Below are positions 8,056 through 16,852 of a DNA stretch of 64,000 nt, in pieces. How positions within the stretch are numbered: the stretch's first letter is position 1; the number at the start of each line of letters is the position of its first letter. Under the pieces are notes generated by a model. That model had not been told where the DNA came from and did no database searches. It saw nothing but the letters and a program-made list of their open reading frames with translations. The translations under genes were made by a program, and so were the position numbers. The DNA comes from an uncultured Alphaproteobacteria bacterium (GTDB taxonomy: Bacteria > Pseudomonadota > Alphaproteobacteria > Rhizobiales > Rhodomicrobiaceae): NCBI GenBank assembly GCA_963808505.1, contig CAWEFZ010000004.1, forward strand, positions 507,058-571,057, written 5' to 3'.

Positions 8056-8613
8056 TCAGCTGGGCTTTTGCCCGAGCCGCGCCAAGGCTTCGCGCGCGTC
8101 GTCCTGACCGGTCAGCTCGTCCTCGATGTCCGTTTTCACCGCCAGCGCGGCCTTGTAATCGGCGATGGCCTTGGCGAGATCGCCCTTCTTTTCATACGCC
8201 GCGCCGCGATTGGCGTAGCCGAGCGCGAGGTTCGGATTGAGCGCGATGGCCTTGTCGCAATCCCGCAAGGCTTGCGCCGCGTCGCCCTTCTGCGCGAAGG
8301 CCCAGGCTCGCGAGGCATAGTAGATCGCATAATCCGCAAGCTCGATGGCCTTGCCGTAATCGGCGATGGCCTTGTCGAACTCGCCCTTGTCGCCATAGGC
8401 GTTGGCGCGCAGGTAATAGGCTTGCGCGCGGGCTTCGGCCGTTTGCGCCGCATCGCTCGCGAGCGCGCCGCAGGCCGCGATTTGCCCGGCGGCGTTTTCC
8501 GTATTTTCGCAGGCCGCCCATTCGGCGTTCTTGTCGGCGGCGCGGCTTGGCGGCGCGCCGAACAGCAGGCTTAAAGCGACCGCCGTGGCGGCTACAGGCA
8601 TTGCGGTTTTCAT
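8056..8613 (-). CDS. Secreted TPR-repeat protein
   Basis: Signal peptide MKTAMPVAATAVALSLLFGAPPSRA. Repeated Y..RA.AY...G....AIADY..AI TPR units follow. Confidence 0.8.
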   Translation of the reverse strand: MKTAMPVAATAVALSLLFGAPPSRAADKNAEWAACENTENAAGQIAACGALASDAAQTAEARAQAYYLRANAYGDKGEFDKAIADYGKAIELADYAIYYASRAWAFAQKGDAAQALRDCDKAIALNPNLALGYANRGAAYEKKGDLAKAIADYKAALAVKTDIEDELTGQDDAREALARLGQKPS

Positions 8614-8707
8614 CGCTCGTCTCCTTCTTGACGCATGGCTCGCTCCGTTAGTGGGCGGAAGGCGGCGAGCGGTTCAAAGCATTGCGAAGGAAGGAAGCGG
8701 CGCGCGC

Positions 8708-10393
8708 CTATTCGGAGGCGCCGGCCTCGATGAAGCGGGCGGCGGCGCTGGCGTTTACGAGACCGTAGCCGAACAACTCATCCCGCCCCTTTGCCGAAAG
8801 GCGGTCCGCCGTCTTCTGCAGGGCCGCGCGAATCTCGTCCGGCGTCGCTTTCGGACGAAGCGCGATCAGATGAGCCGCGATACCGCTGACGGTCGCGGCG
8901 GCAAACGAGGTGCCGGATTCGATGCCGTAAGATTCATGGATTTGAGCCACGATCACATCCACGCCGCGCTCCGAAACCGCGATATAGGGGCCTCTGTTCG
9001 CCGCGCTGTAGAGTCCGCGCCTTGCGTCGGTTGCGGTGACGGCGATGACCTCGGGATAGGCGGCCGGATAGAGCGGCTTCGATGCGGGCCCGGCGTTGCC
9101 CGCCGCGCCAACAAGCACGATCCCTTTCGTGTAGGCCGCCGCGACGGTGCGCTCGACGAGAGCGTCGCTCGGGCCGGCAAAACTGAGATTCACCACGCGG
9201 GCGCCCTGAACGGCCCCCCAATCCAAGGAGAGCACGATTTCCCGGCTTGTCGCGGCGATTTCCTTCTCCTCCTCGGTCACGGTGAAGGCGCGCGCCTCCA
9301 TCAGCGCCGCGCCCGAAGCGAGGCCGTGGACCTTGCCGCGGCCGCCGATGAGGCTCGCCACCGCGGTTCCATGGTTTTCGCCCGCGCACGCATTCGCAGC
9401 CGAGGGCGTCGCGTCGAAATAAGCCTGCACTTCGCCCTGGATTTCGGTGTGATCGCGTTCGATGCAGGTGTCGACGATCGCAACTTTTACGCTGGCGCCG
9501 CCGGATTCGGCGTCGCCCGGCGGCGGCGTAAGCGCGGCTTTCGCTGGCTCCACGGCCGCGCTCCGATCCGTTCCTTGCACAGGAGTGTAAACATAATTCG
9601 GCTGGGCGCTGATGACGCGGTTATCCTGAAGCAGGCGGCCAAGCACGGCGGCCAGGTCTTGATCTCTCACCAGCGTTAATTGCCAGATGCGCGCGTTGAT
9701 CAACGCGACCGCGCCAAGCTCGCGCACCTCGACGCCGTATTGATCGGTAAGCGCTTGTCTAAGCTGAGCGGGGCTGTCATCGGCCACTTCGATCAAGAGC
9801 TCTTTGGCCCGGTGGCGCTTGTTGTTCAACAGCGCGGCGACAGCGGCGGAAGCCTGCGGTCCTTGAAGCCGCGAAAAGCGCGGCGCTATGGGCGGACGCT
9901 CCCCGCCGAAGCCGGCGATGGAAACCGCAGCGGGAGGGACGCCGCCTGCAATAATAACAGGCGGCGGGGGGAGCCTGCGTATCGGCGGCCAGATGCCGAC
10001 AGTACCGCCTGGAGGTTGGGGACGGCCCCTTCCGCCGCCCCATCCACGGCCTGGATGTCTTGACGGATTGTCGGACCCGCCGGACGCGTGCCGCCGGCCA
10101 TCGCCGAAGCCCGCGCGACGCGGGGGAAAGCGAGGCACGCGAGCCTCATGATAGCGGTGGCTCGATTGAGACGACTTTCGCCTGAAGTAGGATCGGGGGA
10201 AATTTTGATGCGCCCCGCGCCCTTCGGCGTGGCGCGCGAAAAAGCCGCCTCCATGACCAAAACGGATCGAACTGAACGCGGCCGTGTTGTCGCGAACTCG
10301 GTCGACCGCAGGGTAGGCGAAAGCCTGAATTGCGCCCATGGAAAAGTAAAACAGAATCGCCGCTGCTGCGCCTGAGGCCCAGTTCGACATCAT
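8708..10393 (-). CDS. S8-family (subtilisin-like) serine peptidase with a long Pro/Gly/Arg-rich N-terminal region
   Basis: Contexts for the catalytic triad are present: VAIVDTCIERDH, ENHGTAVASLIGG and GTSFAAATVSGIAAHL. It has an N-terminal signal/anchor and about 150 aa of low-complexity sequence. Confidence 0.9.
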   Translation of the reverse strand: MMSNWASGAAAAILFYFSMGAIQAFAYPAVDRVRDNTAAFSSIRFGHGGGFFARHAEGRGAHQNFPRSYFRRKSSQSSHRYHEARVPRFPPRRAGFGDGRRHASGGSDNPSRHPGRGWGGGRGRPQPPGGTVGIWPPIRRLPPPPVIIAGGVPPAAVSIAGFGGERPPIAPRFSRLQGPQASAAVAALLNNKRHRAKELLIEVADDSPAQLRQALTDQYGVEVRELGAVALINARIWQLTLVRDQDLAAVLGRLLQDNRVISAQPNYVYTPVQGTDRSAAVEPAKAALTPPPGDAESGGASVKVAIVDTCIERDHTEIQGEVQAYFDATPSAANACAGENHGTAVASLIGGRGKVHGLASGAALMEARAFTVTEEEKEIAATSREIVLSLDWGAVQGARVVNLSFAGPSDALVERTVAAAYTKGIVLVGAAGNAGPASKPLYPAAYPEVIAVTATDARRGLYSAANRGPYIAVSERGVDVIVAQIHESYGIESGTSFAAATVSGIAAHLIALRPKATPDEIRAALQKTADRLSAKGRDELFGYGLVNASAAARFIEAGASE

Positions 10394-10419
10394 GACGGCC
10401 GCCTTTCAGATCGCTCCTG

Positions 10420-11115
10420 TCACTTCTCGGGCAGCGTCAGCTTTACTGTGGGCGACGCGCGCAATTTCTTGTAGGCGAGGTCTCTCGCTTCAAAACTATC
10501 ATTGCTCATTCCGAGGCGGTAGACCCCATCGCCGCGAGGGCCGTCAATTATTCTTGCGCCGGCGTCTTCGAGTACCTTGTTCACGTCAGCCACCGTCGCC
10601 GTTTCCGCAAAAGAAACAATGAAGGCGGGCTTCACGTCAGCGCCGGATTTCGGCCCTGACGCCGCGCCGTATTTCGCAGGATCGCCTGTCTCGTGCGCCA
10701 AATAGGCAATTGCCGCCGCCTGCGCCACGCAGATGGCGACGGCCGCTGCCGCAACGGCCTGCCAGCGGCGCATCGAAAATCCATCGAAGAATTCAGACAG
10801 TGACCCCTTCATGCGCGCGAATGAAGCGTTCCGGCTGCTTTCGGACTTTTCGCGAATATCTTGCTCGACCGATCGTTCAAGCCGTTCCCAAAGCACCCGA
10901 GGCGGCTTGTCCAATGCTTCGTTCGCGGCAGCGGCCGCCTTCCGCTCGTGTTGCGCTTCCTCGATAAGCCGGGCGAATTCCGCATCGTCCTTGGCGAGCC
11001 GTTCAAGCAGGCGCGCCTCGCCCTCATCCAGCCTTCCGGTGACGTACCAAGGCGCCAGAAGCTCGGCTTCGTTCATGTCTCGCGACTCGCCGTTATTTCC
11101 CGTAGCTGAAGACAT
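10420..11115 (-). CDS. Anti-sigma factor (single-pass membrane protein)
   Basis: Sits immediately downstream of, and overlapping, the ECF sigma gene. It carries LLAPWYVTGRLDEGEARLLE and a central TM segment, AVAAAAVAICVAQAAAIAYL. The start could instead be the ATG at 11076. Confidence 0.65.
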   Translation of the reverse strand: MSSATGNNGESRDMNEAELLAPWYVTGRLDEGEARLLERLAKDDAEFARLIEEAQHERKAAAAANEALDKPPRVLWERLERSVEQDIREKSESSRNASFARMKGSLSEFFDGFSMRRWQAVAAAAVAICVAQAAAIAYLAHETGDPAKYGAASGPKSGADVKPAFIVSFAETATVADVNKVLEDAGARIIDGPRGDGVYRLGMSNDSFEARDLAYKKLRASPTVKLTLPEK

Positions 11116-11674
11116 CGTTTTGGTCTCCCTCGGCCAGAAGCATCTCTTTGAGTTTCCTTCGGGCGTAGAACATGCGCGTCTTGACGGTGGCCTCTGGTAT
11201 ATCGAGGATCTCGCTCGCCTCTTTCACAGACATATCGTGATAGTAGACGAGGTCGATGATCTCCCGGTGCTCCAGGGAAAGGGCGGATAGACACGCTCGC
11301 ATATAGTCGCTCGAACTCGCCTGCATCGCCATCAATTCCGGAGTGGGTTCGGGAGGAGTAGGCAGATCGTGTTCCGTCAGCGTTTTCTGCCTACGCCCCT
11401 GATCGTAAGCCTTGTACCGGGCGATAGAAAAAATCCAGGTCGCCACCGTTGAGCGGGCTTCAAACCGCTTTGCGCTCTTCCAGACCTCCAGGAAAACGTC
11501 ATGCGTCAGGTCCTCCGCCGCGGTTCTGTTTGTTGTCAGCCTCAACAGAAACTTGAAAGTCCTGTTGCTATACCTCGTGTAGAGCGTCTCAAGCCCCTTC
11601 TTGTCGCCGTTAGCGACCTGCTTAAGCGCCTCTAAATCAGAGAGCGGCTCGGACATTTGATTCCCGTCTCGCAA
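11093..11674 (-). CDS. ECF-type RNA polymerase sigma-70 factor
   Basis: Region 2 DLTHDVFLEVWKSAKRFE...TWIFSIARYKAYD. Region 4 REIIDLVYYHDMSVKEASEILDIPEATVKTRMFYARRKLKE. Confidence 0.9.
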   Translation of the reverse strand: MRDGNQMSEPLSDLEALKQVANGDKKGLETLYTRYSNRTFKFLLRLTTNRTAAEDLTHDVFLEVWKSAKRFEARSTVATWIFSIARYKAYDQGRRQKTLTEHDLPTPPEPTPELMAMQASSSDYMRACLSALSLEHREIIDLVYYHDMSVKEASEILDIPEATVKTRMFYARRKLKEMLLAEGDQNDVFSYGK

Positions 11675-12206
11675 GGTTAGTCGGCCGACCGTCCAAAAAA
11701 GTTCAACGAATTGTAGCGCGCGCCTGGCTTTGGGCGCAACGCGCGTGAACGTAGCTTTCGTCTGCCTAACTTAGGCTCGGCGGTAAAGTTGGGGCGGCCG
11801 AATTTTTTTGGCTGCATGACTGGGCCATCGACGCGCGCCGACCGCAGGCGTCCGAAATGCGCAAAATGAAACAGCCCTCGACCGTGCTATCGGCGGACTG
11901 CCTTTGCTGAACGCGAGCACGGCGCGGTTGGGAGCGCGTCTTGCAAAGCACGCGCCCTTCGCGACATACGGCCATTCCTCTGAGCACTTTATTTTTTTGT
12001 TGTTCCATACGGAACAGCGGCCGGGTTCTATTTCTGAGATTATTATCTCGAAGCAAACGAAGCTTTCAACCCGCGAAAAACGAAAGGATTACACAATGTC
12101 GCAAGATAATCGCCAGTATACCCGGATGCCGAAAGCCGCGAGCCGTCTTGCTTTTGCTGCCGCGGCTCCAGTTCGGAATGCAATAGGTTATTTCAAGGAG
12201 ATGAAA

Positions 12207-12497
12207 ATGGGCAAGCCCAGGGTCCTGTTAGCAGCAGCAGTAGCTACTTTCGCTTCCACCTTCTTCGTCAACCAAAGCTATGCCTGTGTCAATGGTTCGA
12301 CAAAATGCCTAACCCATATGGTCTATGTCTGCCAATATGGCTATTGGGTTGTATCGATGGGCGTATGCCATTCGAATGATAGTCAAGAAGAGCTGTTCGG
12401 TTCTCACAAATTCGACGTGAAATATTCCGTACCGGCCGAAACGACAGGAGCGAAACCGGCTCCCTTCAAATTCTTGGTCAACTGGAGCTCTCACTAA
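12207..12497 (+). CDS. Small secreted cysteine-rich protein
   Basis: AAGGAG lies 6 nt upstream of the ATG. The signal peptide is GKPRVLLAAAVATFASTFFVNQSYA, and the mature part has 4 Cys (CVNGSTKCLTHMVYVCQYGYWVVSMGVC). It lies in an AT-rich pocket. Confidence 0.5.
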   Translation: MGKPRVLLAAAVATFASTFFVNQSYACVNGSTKCLTHMVYVCQYGYWVVSMGVCHSNDSQEELFGSHKFDVKYSVPAETTGAKPAPFKFLVNWSSH

Positions 12498-12504
12498 TCG
12501 CACG

Positions 12505-12531
12505 CGGTTCCTTGCCTTCGGCGAGGAACCG
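12505..12531 (+). terminator. Strong hairpin after the small secreted-protein gene
   Basis: CGGTTCCTTGCC-TTCG-GGCGAGGAACCG forms a 12-bp stem with a TTCG loop. It is not followed by a clear T-tract. Confidence 0.35.
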
Positions 12532-12597
12532 CTGTCATCAGCCTTCGGGACACGCGTCCAGGGGCGTCAGCTACAGCGGGCGCCTCTTCCGGTTCAG

Positions 12598-12814
12598 CAT
12601 CGAAGCCCACGGCTGTCCGGTTTAATTTCGCAGCGTTTTCAGAATCGTCATCCCGGAAGGGCGCCTCTTGCGCCCTATCCGGGATCTTTCAAAACCTCGA
12701 ATCGAAGTCTTGGAACACCCCTGATAAGCGCCAAGGCGCTTTCCGGGGTGACATTGAAGTGTGAGCGAAGACACCCGCAAATAAAACGAACCGGACAGCC
12801 GTGGGTCGAAGCCC
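12598..12814. mobile_element. MITE-like element bounded by 17-bp perfect inverted repeats
   Basis: The left end is ...CCCACGGCTGTCCGGTT and the right end is AACCGGACAGCCGTGGG.... The interior contains a family-A-type palindrome (CGTCATCCCGGAAGG...CCGGGATC). No coding capacity is evident. Confidence 0.4.
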
Positions 12815-13062
12815 GGCCATGACAACGCATGTGGCTGACCCAGAGGGTGGCGTCATAAACCGGCGCCACGCGCCGCAGGGGAACTTGGACGGAAGTCATC
12901 AAAAATATTTAGGGCATGGCTCGCTTCAGCACGCCCAGCGTTAATAGAGCTTTTTATTTCTAATAATTGTCGCGAGACATGTTCCATAAGGAACAGCGGG
13001 TTCGTGAGGCATATGCGATGATTATTAATCGAAATAGATCGGTTTCTTGGAAAGGAAACATT

Positions 13063-13659
13063 ATGGTATACCGTCCGCTCTTCGATGAATCTTCATGGGC
13101 CTATCCCGACTTACTTACTAGCCGCGACGACGGCGCGCGGAGGTGGCTGTATTGGAGCGGTGTTCTCATGGGAGCCGTTACCCTGTTCAGCCTTGCTCAG
13201 AAAGTGTTTGAGCTGAAATTAGCTCCGGCCGCTACTCATGTCGTGGTTGCACTTAGAGCTGTCATGTATCCATTCGAAAAAGCCTTTTTCGGTGGCTTTG
13301 GGTTTATTCCCGGCCTGACGAATTTTGAGTTTCCGTATGCGCAACCTGAGATCATATTTATATATGTTCTCATAGGCATTGCGCTTGTGCGCATACTTTT
13401 TGAAGCCGTATCGGACATCGATCTTGATTTCTCCGGTAATAAAAGCGCAGCGGACGGAGTCAAAGCCTCCATTGTGTTAATATTAAAAGCTATGACATAT
13501 AGCCTTATATGGCCATTCTTTTTGATCGTTATATTATACTATGATGTATTTATGGATGATGATGATCATGGTATACTGAGGCGCTTCGCTTTTACCCTGA
13601 TACATGTCGTAGCCGTTCTTCTCCTCATGCTTGCAGCTAACGCAGGTTTTTTTGCGTGA
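13063..13659 (+). CDS. Hypothetical polytopic membrane protein (AT-rich gene)
   Basis: Lies in ORF 12967-13659. AAGGAA lies 6 nt before the ATG at 13063. Several hydrophobic segments are present. No family was recognised. Confidence 0.55.
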   Translation: MVYRPLFDESSWAYPDLLTSRDDGARRWLYWSGVLMGAVTLFSLAQKVFELKLAPAATHVVVALRAVMYPFEKAFFGGFGFIPGLTNFEFPYAQPEIIFIYVLIGIALVRILFEAVSDIDLDFSGNKSAADGVKASIVLILKAMTYSLIWPFFLIVILYYDVFMDDDDHGILRRFAFTLIHVVAVLLLMLAANAGFFA

Positions 13660-13727
13660 TGCAGGCTGATAGAGCATCGGTATCTTGTCGTTTCGCCGCC
13701 ACAAGACTCTGGAATTGCTTCTAATCG

Positions 13728-15350
13728 GTGGAGATCGATGTGGGACTGACGGTTGTTAAAGGGAATGGCGGCGCCCCCGCCGCCACGCAAGTCGAGGCGA
13801 GCGCGTCAATGCCCGCGCTGACGGCGCGCCGGAAGTTCATTATTCTTGGCGTAATGGCTTTCGGGCAATTCATGGCGCTGCTCGATATTCAGATCGTTGC
13901 GGCCTCGCTGAATGACATTCAGGCCGGGCTTTCCGCGGGACCCGATGAAATCAGCTGGGTTCAGACAGCCTACCTTATGGCCGAGCTGGTGATGATACCC
14001 TTTTCCGGGTTTCTCGCGTTAGCTCTTTCCACGCGATGGTTGTTCGTTTTATCCGCAGGCTTGTTTACTCTCTTCAGCGCACTTTGCGCCGTCGCCTGGG
14101 ATATTCCCTCAATCGTCGTCTTCCGCGCGCTCCAAGGTTTTACCGGCGGCGCAATGGTTCCGACCGCTTTTGCGACGGGCTATACGATCTTTACCGGGCG
14201 TCAGCGGGCCATGATCCCCGCGATCCTCGCGGTCGTCGCCACTCTGGCGCCTACGCTCGGACCTACTGTCGGAGGCTGGATCAGCGACATCTTGGGTTGG
14301 CGCTGGATTTTTTACATTAATGTCCCGGCGGGCGTCCTAATAGTTGGCTTCTCGATAACTCTGCTCAAAATCGACCAGCCAAATCTCGCAAAGCTCCGCC
14401 ATATCGACTGGAGCCACTTGGCGGCCATGTCGATTTGCCTCGGCTGCCTTCAATACGTTCTGGAGGAGGGGCCGAGGCGCGACTGGTTCAGCGACCCGAA
14501 TATCGCTATCGCAAGCTGGATATCGTTCGTCGCATTTGTTCTTTTCATCGAGCGATCGTTCTTCTCGAAAGCCCCGATCGTTTCGCTCGCGCCCTTCCGG
14601 CGCAGCATTTTCACGTTGGCCTGTGCATTCAATCTCATCATTGGCTTTGGTCTTTACTCTGCAATCTATCTCGTGCCGGTTTTTTTGGCGCGCGTGCGGG
14701 GCTTTTCGAGTCTCGATATCGGCGCCACAGTTTTTGTGACGGGCATCGCCATGATTTGCGGCGCTCCAGTCGCCTCCGTGCTCTATCGGCGCGTCGATCC
14801 GCGGATCGTCATTGCCGCGGGATTTACGCTTTACGGCGCAGCTCTTTGGATGTTTTCCGCCATGGGGCCAGAGTGGGGGTTCTGGGAACTCTTATGGCCT
14901 CACGCGCTGCGTGGATTTTCGATCCTACTGTGCATCGCGCCCGCTGTAGATATGGCCCTTGCCGAGTTCAGCGCGGAAGAGCTCAGCTACGCGTCCGCGC
15001 TCTTCAACCTTATGCGCAATCTGGGCGGCGCCGTTGGCATCGCTGTCGCCAACACCTGGCTACAAGATTTTACGCGTATTCATACTTTACGCCTCGACGA
15101 GGCATTGGGGCAAAGCGCACGCGTCGCGCCCGCATACGTGGGCAGCTTGGCGGAACGCATGGCTTCGATAAGCGCCGACCCCGATCATGCGCTGAAGCTT
15201 GCTCAGGGAGAACTCGCGAAAGAGGTGACGAGGCAGGCTCAAACACAGGCCTTCGGAGACGTTTTCGTGCTAATGGCCTGGATTTTCGCCGCAGCGCTTC
15301 TCCTTGTTCCTTTGTGCCGTGTCTCTGCGAAACATCTTCAGGTTCGCTAG
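13728..15350 (+). CDS. MFS transporter, DHA2 (EmrB/QacA-like, 14-TMS) drug-efflux family
   Basis: FMALLDIQIVAASLNDIQ, WVQTAYLMAELVMIPFSG and RWIFYINVP motifs. The start is uncertain (GTG at 13728 or ATG at 13809). Confidence 0.9.
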   Translation: MEIDVGLTVVKGNGGAPAATQVEASASMPALTARRKFIILGVMAFGQFMALLDIQIVAASLNDIQAGLSAGPDEISWVQTAYLMAELVMIPFSGFLALALSTRWLFVLSAGLFTLFSALCAVAWDIPSIVVFRALQGFTGGAMVPTAFATGYTIFTGRQRAMIPAILAVVATLAPTLGPTVGGWISDILGWRWIFYINVPAGVLIVGFSITLLKIDQPNLAKLRHIDWSHLAAMSICLGCLQYVLEEGPRRDWFSDPNIAIASWISFVAFVLFIERSFFSKAPIVSLAPFRRSIFTLACAFNLIIGFGLYSAIYLVPVFLARVRGFSSLDIGATVFVTGIAMICGAPVASVLYRRVDPRIVIAAGFTLYGAALWMFSAMGPEWGFWELLWPHALRGFSILLCIAPAVDMALAEFSAEELSYASALFNLMRNLGGAVGIAVANTWLQDFTRIHTLRLDEALGQSARVAPAYVGSLAERMASISADPDHALKLAQGELAKEVTRQAQTQAFGDVFVLMAWIFAAALLLVPLCRVSAKHLQVR

Positions 15351-15460
15351 GACTGCTCAAGATGTCCTTGTCTCGGCGGAGACAGCTTAAAACGAAGCGA
15401 CGGTCTACAAATATTGGCGGGAGGTCGAATGGATCGACCTCGTGGCGTCCGGAGACCATT

Positions 15461-16612
15461 ATGGCTTTCGATCTCTCCAAAACATTCTCGACGTTTTCAA
15501 AATTGCAAAAACAATTCGCCGGCCTGCGCCAGGTCACGGTCTCGCGGTCGTCCTCGGCGCGGTCGCTTTATGCCGTGAGCGGCGCGCTTTTTCTCGCAGG
15601 CGCCGGGATCGCATACATCTCCTCGCCCAAGGCGAGCGTAACGACCGAGGATGCCTATTTGAAGGCCGACAACACGACGGTCGCTCCAAGGATTCGCGGC
15701 TTGGTCGCGGAAATCCTTGTTCACGATAACCAATCGGTAAGGGCGGGAGACCCGCTTGTGCAGATCGAACCTGAGGAGTTCGACGCACGGGTGGCCGCCG
15801 CAACAGCCGATCTCCTAAGCGCCCAGGCGGGCGTGGATGCGGTCAAGGCCGCGCTTGCCGGCCTCGATGCGGAGGAACAGCTTGCCGCCGCCAATGTCAG
15901 AGCCGCCGAAAGCTCAATTCAGTCAGCCGACGCACAGAATAGCAAAGCGTCCGGGGATCGGAAGCGATACGATAGGCTGGTCATCACGGGTACGGCCTCA
16001 CAGCGCGACGCCGATCAATATCGTGCGGCGGCGGCAACCGCACAATCGGAAGCGGACCGCACCCGCGCGGCGTTGGACGTCAGCAAAAGCCAGGTTTCCG
16101 TTACGCAGGCGCGACGGCCGCTCCTTAGAGCTCAACTTGCTCAAGCGGAGGCTGCCGCCGCAAAAGCCAAAGCGGCCCTGGATCTGGCGCGCCAGGATCG
16201 GGCGCACACTCTTATCAGGGCGCCCATCGATGGCGTTGTCGGAAACCGCCAAGCGCAGGCGGGCGACTATGTACAGCCCGGCACGCGGTTGCTCACACTC
16301 GTTCCGGTTCATGCAGTTTATGCTCTGGCATTTTTCAAGGAGACGCAAACGGGCAGGATGACGCCGGGGCAGGAAGCCATCGTGGAAGTAGACGCATTTT
16401 CAGAGCTTAAGCTGAAGGGCAAGGTTGAAAGCCTTGCTCCTGGTTCAGGCTCCGAGTTCGCTCTTCTTCCATTTGAGCCGGGTACGGGAAACTTCACAAA
16501 AATCGTCCAGCGCATCCCGGTGCGAATTATTTTGGAGCCGGGCCAGCCCGATCTTTCGAATCTGCGGCCTGGCCTTTCCGCAACTGTTACGGTCGCGCTG
16601 AAGCAAAAGTAA
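15461..16612 (+). CDS. HlyD/EmrA-family membrane fusion (periplasmic adaptor) protein
   Basis: An internal ATG gives 383 aa. It has an N-terminal TM segment, then TTEDAYLKADNTTVAPRIRGLVAEILVHDNQSVRAGDPLVQIEP. A coiled-coil Ala-rich hairpin and a C-terminal beta-barrel follow. Confidence 0.9.
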   Translation: MAFDLSKTFSTFSKLQKQFAGLRQVTVSRSSSARSLYAVSGALFLAGAGIAYISSPKASVTTEDAYLKADNTTVAPRIRGLVAEILVHDNQSVRAGDPLVQIEPEEFDARVAAATADLLSAQAGVDAVKAALAGLDAEEQLAAANVRAAESSIQSADAQNSKASGDRKRYDRLVITGTASQRDADQYRAAAATAQSEADRTRAALDVSKSQVSVTQARRPLLRAQLAQAEAAAAKAKAALDLARQDRAHTLIRAPIDGVVGNRQAQAGDYVQPGTRLLTLVPVHAVYALAFFKETQTGRMTPGQEAIVEVDAFSELKLKGKVESLAPGSGSEFALLPFEPGTGNFTKIVQRIPVRIILEPGQPDLSNLRPGLSATVTVALKQK

Positions 16613-16852
16613 ACCGGCACGCACTCCGGGGGAGGGTACGCTCACCGGCCCAGCGGCACGCCAATTCCCACAAACTTTTGAGCGAGCGGCGTCAGGTTCC
16701 GAGTGAATGAAGTCGAGCACCCAAGGTAATGTAGCATCGCCACTCGAACGACGGCGCCTCCCGAACTTCGCAGCTTAATCGTAGGAGGGCATTACGACAT
16801 CTCTATTTGGCGGCCTCGATGACTCGAAAAAGCAATTTTTAAAAATGAATGG

